From the NCBI GenBank assembly GCA_965201075.1, contig CBDAVP010000010.1:124001-188000 (forward strand): a DNA stretch of 64,000 nt, given 5' to 3'. The notes beneath the pieces are model-generated. The model did no database searches and was not told the origin of the DNA. It saw only the letters and a program-made list of their open reading frames with translations. The DNA is from Isosphaeraceae bacterium (GTDB taxonomy: Bacteria > Planctomycetota > Planctomycetia > Isosphaerales > Isosphaeraceae). Made by a program: the position numbers and the translations under genes. Positions within the stretch are counted from its first letter, which is position 1; every line of letters starts with the position of its first letter. Positions 59,947 through 64,000 of this stretch are shown one piece after another.

Positions 59947-61293
59947 TCAGTCTTTCACGCCTCGGTAGGCACGGTCGAGGAGGTCGACGGGGTGGGCGAC
60001 GGTCATTGGCCGGTTGTGGTCCTTGAGGGTCCGGGCGATCTGGAGGATGCAGCCGACGTTGCCCGTGGCGACGACCTCGGCTCCGGTGTCGTCGAGGTGG
60101 GTCAGTTTGCGTTTCGCCAGTCGGGCCGACATTTCGGGCTGTGCCAGGTTGTACGTGCCCGCGGCTCCGCAGCAGACTTCCGACTCGGCCAGCGGGACCA
60201 GCCGCAGGCCAGGGATCGCTCCGAGCAACTGGCGGGGCTGGGCGCGCACCTGCTGGGCGTGGCAGAGGTGGCAGGGGTCGTGATAGGCCACCGAGATCGG
60301 CAAGGGATGTTCGGGGGGGATCAGGCCCAGCTCGATGAGGAACTCGGAGATATCGCGGACCTTGGCGACGAACCGCTCGGCGGCGTCGTGGTCCGCCTCG
60401 GGAAGCAAGTGGGTGTAGTCCCGGAGCATCGCCCCGCAGCCGGCGGCGTTGACGATGATCGCGTCGAAGGCGTCGGGGTCGAAGGCGGCCAGGTTGTCGC
60501 GGGCTAGCCCCACCGCCGGCTTCTCGATCCCGGAGTGGTAGTGGATCGCCCCGCAACAGCCCTGAGCACGGGGGACGACGACCTCGCAGCCATTTTGCTG
60601 GAGGACGCGGGCGGTGGCGGCGGTGGTTTCGGGGAACATGGCGTCAGAGACGCACCCCAGGAAGAGCGCGACGCGGGCGCGCTTCGGCCCAATTGGCGGC
60701 GAGACCTCGGGCAAGGCGGCGCCGGGGCGGGCCAGGTCGGGCAGCATCGCCTGCATCCGCCGGAGGGTTGGCGGCAGGAGCTTGGTCAGGCCCGAGCGGT
60801 CGATCCAGTTCATCACGCCCAGTTTTTGGAGCGCCCGGGCGGGGGCGAGGGCGAACTTGACGCGTCGGCCGTAGGGGAACAGGTGAGAGAGGATCATCCT
60901 GCGCAAGAGGCTGGGACGCGAGCCGGCCGGCGCCGTGCGCTGGAGGGCGACCTTGAACGGCTCGATGATCTGGCCGTACTTCACGCCCGAGGGGCAGGCG
61001 GTTTCGCAGGCCCGGCAGTCGAGGCAAAGGTCCAGGTGGCGGCGGACGCCGTCGGTGACGCCCATCCGCCCCTCGGCCACGGCGCGCATCAGGTAGATGC
61101 GTCCACGGGGGCCGTCGTTCTCGTCGCCGGTTTCCAGGTACGTCGGGCAACTCGACGTGCAGAGTCCACAGTGGACGCAGTCCTGGTAAAGCTGATGGTC
61201 GATTTTCGACGCCAGCCAGGGGAGATCGACCCCGGCGTCGGGCGTCGGGACGGTGGTCGCGGGGGGCACGGCGGTCGTCGCGGTCGAGGACAT
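59947..61293 (-). CDS. glcF: Glycolate oxidase iron-sulfur subunit
   Basis: CVHCGLCTSSCP, CLDCRACETACP, CCG domains (GCCGA, YHDPCHL, CCGAAGTY). Confidence 0.9.
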   Translation of the reverse strand: MSSTATTAVPPATTVPTPDAGVDLPWLASKIDHQLYQDCVHCGLCTSSCPTYLETGDENDGPRGRIYLMRAVAEGRMGVTDGVRRHLDLCLDCRACETACPSGVKYGQIIEPFKVALQRTAPAGSRPSLLRRMILSHLFPYGRRVKFALAPARALQKLGVMNWIDRSGLTKLLPPTLRRMQAMLPDLARPGAALPEVSPPIGPKRARVALFLGCVSDAMFPETTAATARVLQQNGCEVVVPRAQGCCGAIHYHSGIEKPAVGLARDNLAAFDPDAFDAIIVNAAGCGAMLRDYTHLLPEADHDAAERFVAKVRDISEFLIELGLIPPEHPLPISVAYHDPCHLCHAQQVRAQPRQLLGAIPGLRLVPLAESEVCCGAAGTYNLAQPEMSARLAKRKLTHLDDTGAEVVATGNVGCILQIARTLKDHNRPMTVAHPVDLLDRAYRGVKD

Positions 61294-61335
61294 CTCGGGA
61301 GGGCTCTCAAACGCTCGGGGCGGGCCGGGTGTTCG

Positions 61336-62604
61336 TTAGATTCTACCGACAAACCGGCCGGGGTTCATCAGGCCGGCGGGATCGAGCGCGGCCTTGACCT
61401 TGGCGGCGAGGTCCCAGTCGGACCGCGGGTCGCCCCAGACGCGTAGCCGTTCCTTCCACTCGGCCGGGCAGCGGGGCAAGGTCAGGTAGCCGCCGACCTT
61501 GGCCGTCTCGGCACGCAAGGGGGCAATCGCGGCCTGAAGGTCTTCTGGGTTCCCATCTTCGGCGGCGTGGGCCTGGACGATGCCGTTGCCGGCGTGGGCG
61601 CGAACGGCCCAGTTCGACGGGTCGAGCCGGCGGACGAACGGGACGACCGCCGAGGGGGTCAGGCCGGCGGCGAAGCTCAGGGGGCCGCGACCGTTCGCCG
61701 GGAAGTCCGCCAGCGAGGCCCAAAGGGGGTCGGCCTCGGCGCCTCGAAAGTTCGACGATGGGACGGCTGGGGCGAGTTCCCCGGCAATCCGCTCGATCTG
61801 CCAGGCGACCGAGGCGGCGTTGTCCTCGAACCCCAACAGCAGCAGCCACGGGGAACCGGGCAAGGCCGGGCCGCCCTCGGGCGACAGCATCGCGGAGGCG
61901 GTCTGATTCAAGAGTTCGAGCGCCACCGGGCGGGTGTCGGAGGAGTTCAAGCGGGTCAGGGCGGCGGCCAGGGCGTCGGGGTTGTCGAAGGGAAACGCCA
62001 GGATGGCCGAGGCTTCGGGGCGAGGCCGGACCTTGAGGGTCAACTGGGTCAGGATGCCCAACGTCCCCAGGGAACCGGTCAGGAGTTTGGGGAAGTCATA
62101 ACCGGCGACATTCTTGACGACCCGCCCGCCGCCGCTGACGAGCTTGCCCGCCGAGGTGGCGAAGGTGACGCCCAGCAAAAGGTCGCGAGGCCGCCCCGCG
62201 CCGAACCGCCGGGGGCCGCTGGCGTTGCAGGCGAAGATCCCGCCCAGGGTCGCGAGGTCGGGCTGGGGAGCTTCCAGGGGCAACCGTTGGTTCTCGCGGG
62301 CCAGGACCTGCTGGAGAGCCGCCAGGGTCATCCCCGCCTCGATGGTGATGGTCATGTCGGCGGCGGGATAGTCAACCACTCGGCCCAGGGCAGTGGTGTC
62401 GACGGCGACGCCCGGGAGGCGTGGGGATCCGCCGTAGTCGAGTGCCGTGGCGCCCCCCTGGGGATACAGGGCGTGCCCCTGGGAGGCGTGGCGGGCGACG
62501 GCCTCGGCCAGTGCCTCGGCGGTCTCGGGTCGCTCGACGGCCAGGGCGGTGCGGCCGTCGCCGAGGGGGCGGGACGTCGTGGTGGGGGGCGACAGAGTCG
62601 ACAA
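61336..62604 (-). CDS. glcE: Glycolate oxidase FAD-binding subunit
   Basis: DYPAADMTITIEAG, ATLGG, GGRVVKNVAGYD..KLLTGSLGTLG, KAALDPAGLMNPGR. Confidence 0.88.
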   Translation of the reverse strand: MSTLSPPTTTSRPLGDGRTALAVERPETAEALAEAVARHASQGHALYPQGGATALDYGGSPRLPGVAVDTTALGRVVDYPAADMTITIEAGMTLAALQQVLARENQRLPLEAPQPDLATLGGIFACNASGPRRFGAGRPRDLLLGVTFATSAGKLVSGGGRVVKNVAGYDFPKLLTGSLGTLGILTQLTLKVRPRPEASAILAFPFDNPDALAAALTRLNSSDTRPVALELLNQTASAMLSPEGGPALPGSPWLLLLGFEDNAASVAWQIERIAGELAPAVPSSNFRGAEADPLWASLADFPANGRGPLSFAAGLTPSAVVPFVRRLDPSNWAVRAHAGNGIVQAHAAEDGNPEDLQAAIAPLRAETAKVGGYLTLPRCPAEWKERLRVWGDPRSDWDLAAKVKAALDPAGLMNPGRFVGRI

Positions 62605-62796
62605 CGGGCGAGTCTCCGGCGGACGTTGACGTTGCGGTTCTCAAGGAGAAACGACCAGGTTCGGCGGGCCCGGCCACGGATCGCCGAGCCTTGGAAGGAG
62701 AGAAAGCGCCGCCCCAGGCCGGTGTCGGCCGCGGCGAGTGGTCCGGCGTCGTCTTGCCGCCGCGACATGGGCTATCACGCCGTTGGGGAATACGCG

Positions 62797-63012
62797 CTAG
62801 GTGTCGACCTCGACGTACTCCACCCGGCTGGAGGGTTCGGGGATCGCCAGGCCGTCGTCCGCCATCCCCTCCAGGTGCAGCGTGATGGCCTCGCGGATCA
62901 GCCGCTCGACCTCCGCCTCCGAATCGCCCGTGGCGACGCACCCCGGCAAATCCGGCACGTAGGCGGCCAGGTTCGTCCCCGCGTCCTCGATGACGATCGC
63001 ATATCGCCTCAT
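62797..63012 (-). CDS. hicB: HicB antitoxin (short form without DNA-binding domain)
   Basis: YAIVIE...AYVPDLPGCVATGDS.AE....REAI.LHLEG...IPEP. Confidence 0.9.
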   Translation of the reverse strand: MRRYAIVIEDAGTNLAAYVPDLPGCVATGDSEAEVERLIREAITLHLEGMADDGLAIPEPSSRVEYVEVDT

Positions 63013-63212
63013 CGGTCCCCCGCCTCGTCGTCCCCGCCGGCCTGTCGGAAGAGGCTCTTGAGCGTCCCGGCCGGGACCGTGTGGCTTGGCTTGCCCGAGA
63101 CGGTGACGCGGCCCGGCTTCGTCGGGTGCTTGAACTGCCGGTGCTCACCCTTCGCCTTGACCCGCAACCAGTCGTCATCGCGGAGACGCCGGAGCGCTTC
63201 GCTGACCTTCAT
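63009..63212 (-). CDS. hicA: HicA mRNA interferase toxin
   Basis: MKVSE..RRL..DW..V..KGEHRQFKHPTKPGRVTV.G..GTLKS; 4-bp overlap with hicB. Confidence 0.88.
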   Translation of the reverse strand: MKVSEALRRLRDDDWLRVKAKGEHRQFKHPTKPGRVTVSGKPSHTVPAGTLKSLFRQAGGDDEAGDR

Positions 63213-63285
63213 ACGGCGAGGCTACCGGCGTGCCAGGCGATCGGTCAAGTCGGGCGCTCGGCGGGATGACCCTGGCCACGAGTGG

Positions 63286-63440
63286 TTAGGCTTCGGCCTG
63301 CCGCCGGGACAAATCGGCCCGATGCCGCTCCATGATCTCCAGAAGCTGATCGTCCTCGACCTCGCGGAACCGGATGCCGGGCGGAAATGCTGGAGGTCGG
63401 CCAGTTTTTCCATCAGTTCATGCTGGGTGATCGGGGTCAT
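63286..63440 (-). pseudogene. Small hypothetical gene, frameshifted
   Basis: MTPITQHELMEKLADLQHF continues in a shifted frame as PGIRFREVEDDQLLEIMERHRADLSRRQAEA*; ATGA-coupled to the upstream gene. Confidence 0.5.
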
Positions 63441-63730
63441 GGCGGGAAGTCTCCGACCTTCAGCTCGCCGTTGTAAGCCCGACGCAGCGTGCCGACGACC
63501 TCGACGCGGATCGTCGTTCCCGGGGCGAGCTTGGCGATGCGGGTGGCGCGGGTGATCCCATCGTACAGGACCAGCACCCCGTCGGCAGCCTCGTAAACCC
63601 ACGGGGGGGGGCATCCCGACCGACGAGGCGCCGAACCGGACAACCTGACGCTGGAGCTTGTACGGGTCGCGCCACGGCCTGTTGGCAGACGCAAGTCTCG
63701 GGGATCCACGTCGCGGAAGTCTTGCGGCAT
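63437..63730 (-). CDS. Small ParB/Srx-like protein, probably carrying two compensating frameshifts
   Basis: DVDPRDLRL..., PPPWVYE..DG.LVLYDGITRA..., IRVEV; C9 tract at 63603-63611 on the minus strand. Confidence 0.55.
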   Translation of the reverse strand: MPQDFRDVDPRDLRLPTGRGATRTSSSVRLSGSAPRRSGCPPPWVYEAADGVLVLYDGITRATRIAKLAPGTTIRVEVVGTLRRAYNGELKVGDFPP

Positions 63731-63784
63731 GGCCGCCAGGATATCGCAAGCCAGCCGCTGGAGGAAGGACGCCTGATGAGGCGT

Positions 63785-64000
63785 TCAGGCCGATTCGGCC
63801 CCGTCGGCGAAGTAGCGGATGTCCTCTCCCGAGAGGACGCGGTCGACGGCCTCTTGCACGATGCGCAGGACGTCGATGGTGGCGGGGTCGGCGGCGGTTC
63901 CCGGCCAGGCGTCGGTGAGCAGGACCTGCCCCTCGAAGGCCAGGCGGTGCAAGGCATAGGCCAGGGGGCGGTCGAGGCCGGGGGCGTCGCGTAGCTCGGT
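63785..64000 (-). CDS. Hypothetical protein, C-terminal part (5' end outside window)
   Basis: Open frame TELRDAPGLDRPLAYALHRLAFEGQ...IVQEAVDRVLSGEDIRYFADGAESA* with coding-like codon usage. Confidence 0.6.
   Translation of the reverse strand, partial: TELRDAPGLDRPLAYALHRLAFEGQVLLTDAWPGTAADPATIDVLRIVQEAVDRVLSGEDIRYFADGAESA

Noticed and set aside
63785..64000. glcD C-terminus
   Set aside because: Translation lacks the GEHG and DP..lNPGK motifs of GlcD

Overview
Very GC-rich bacterial DNA, almost certainly from a planctomycete (Isosphaeraceae-like). The supporting signs are a PSD1/planctomycete-cytochrome plus DUF1501 gene pair, an 'E-x-R-x-LLA' extracellular leader, a kinase with DFN in place of DFG, and Uma2 paralogues. 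From left to right: (1) A Ser/Thr kinase-TPR gene, an HD-GYP gene, an arylsulfatase and modA. (2) A tight 7-gene run: membrane-interrupted P-loop NTPase, pseudouridine synthase, 2H phosphoesterase, Uma2, XPB-like helicase, Uma2 and DUF790/Bax1 nuclease. (3) tRNA-Val(CAC), into which a ~17.6 kb decayed genomic island is integrated; a 49-bp att repeat lies at 31423-31471. The island carries a dead tyrosine integrase, DUF1501/PSD1, an IS3 scar, an acyl-CoA dehydrogenase/PIG-L/NodS-like methyltransferase/GT2 module, a GT9-GT4-GT4-GmhB-GT9 module and phage-like remnants. (4) An IS630 scar, tRNA-Arg(ACG), a Gld-like ABC system, ROK kinase and gmhA. (5) A glycosylation region containing two copies of a structured non-coding repeat, one with a 28-bp tandem expansion. 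(6) A peroxiredoxin, a dual-caspase WD40 protein, a ~2000-aa beta-helix surface protein and glcFE. (7) hicBA and a decayed small gene pair. The best candidates for poorly described systems are the bacterial XPB-Bax1 module interleaved with Uma2 nucleases, the island-borne glycoconjugate cluster, the covarying hairpin repeat, and the membrane-anchored pseudo-caspase/WD40/caspase protein. All calls come from motif reading by eye; no database searches were run.
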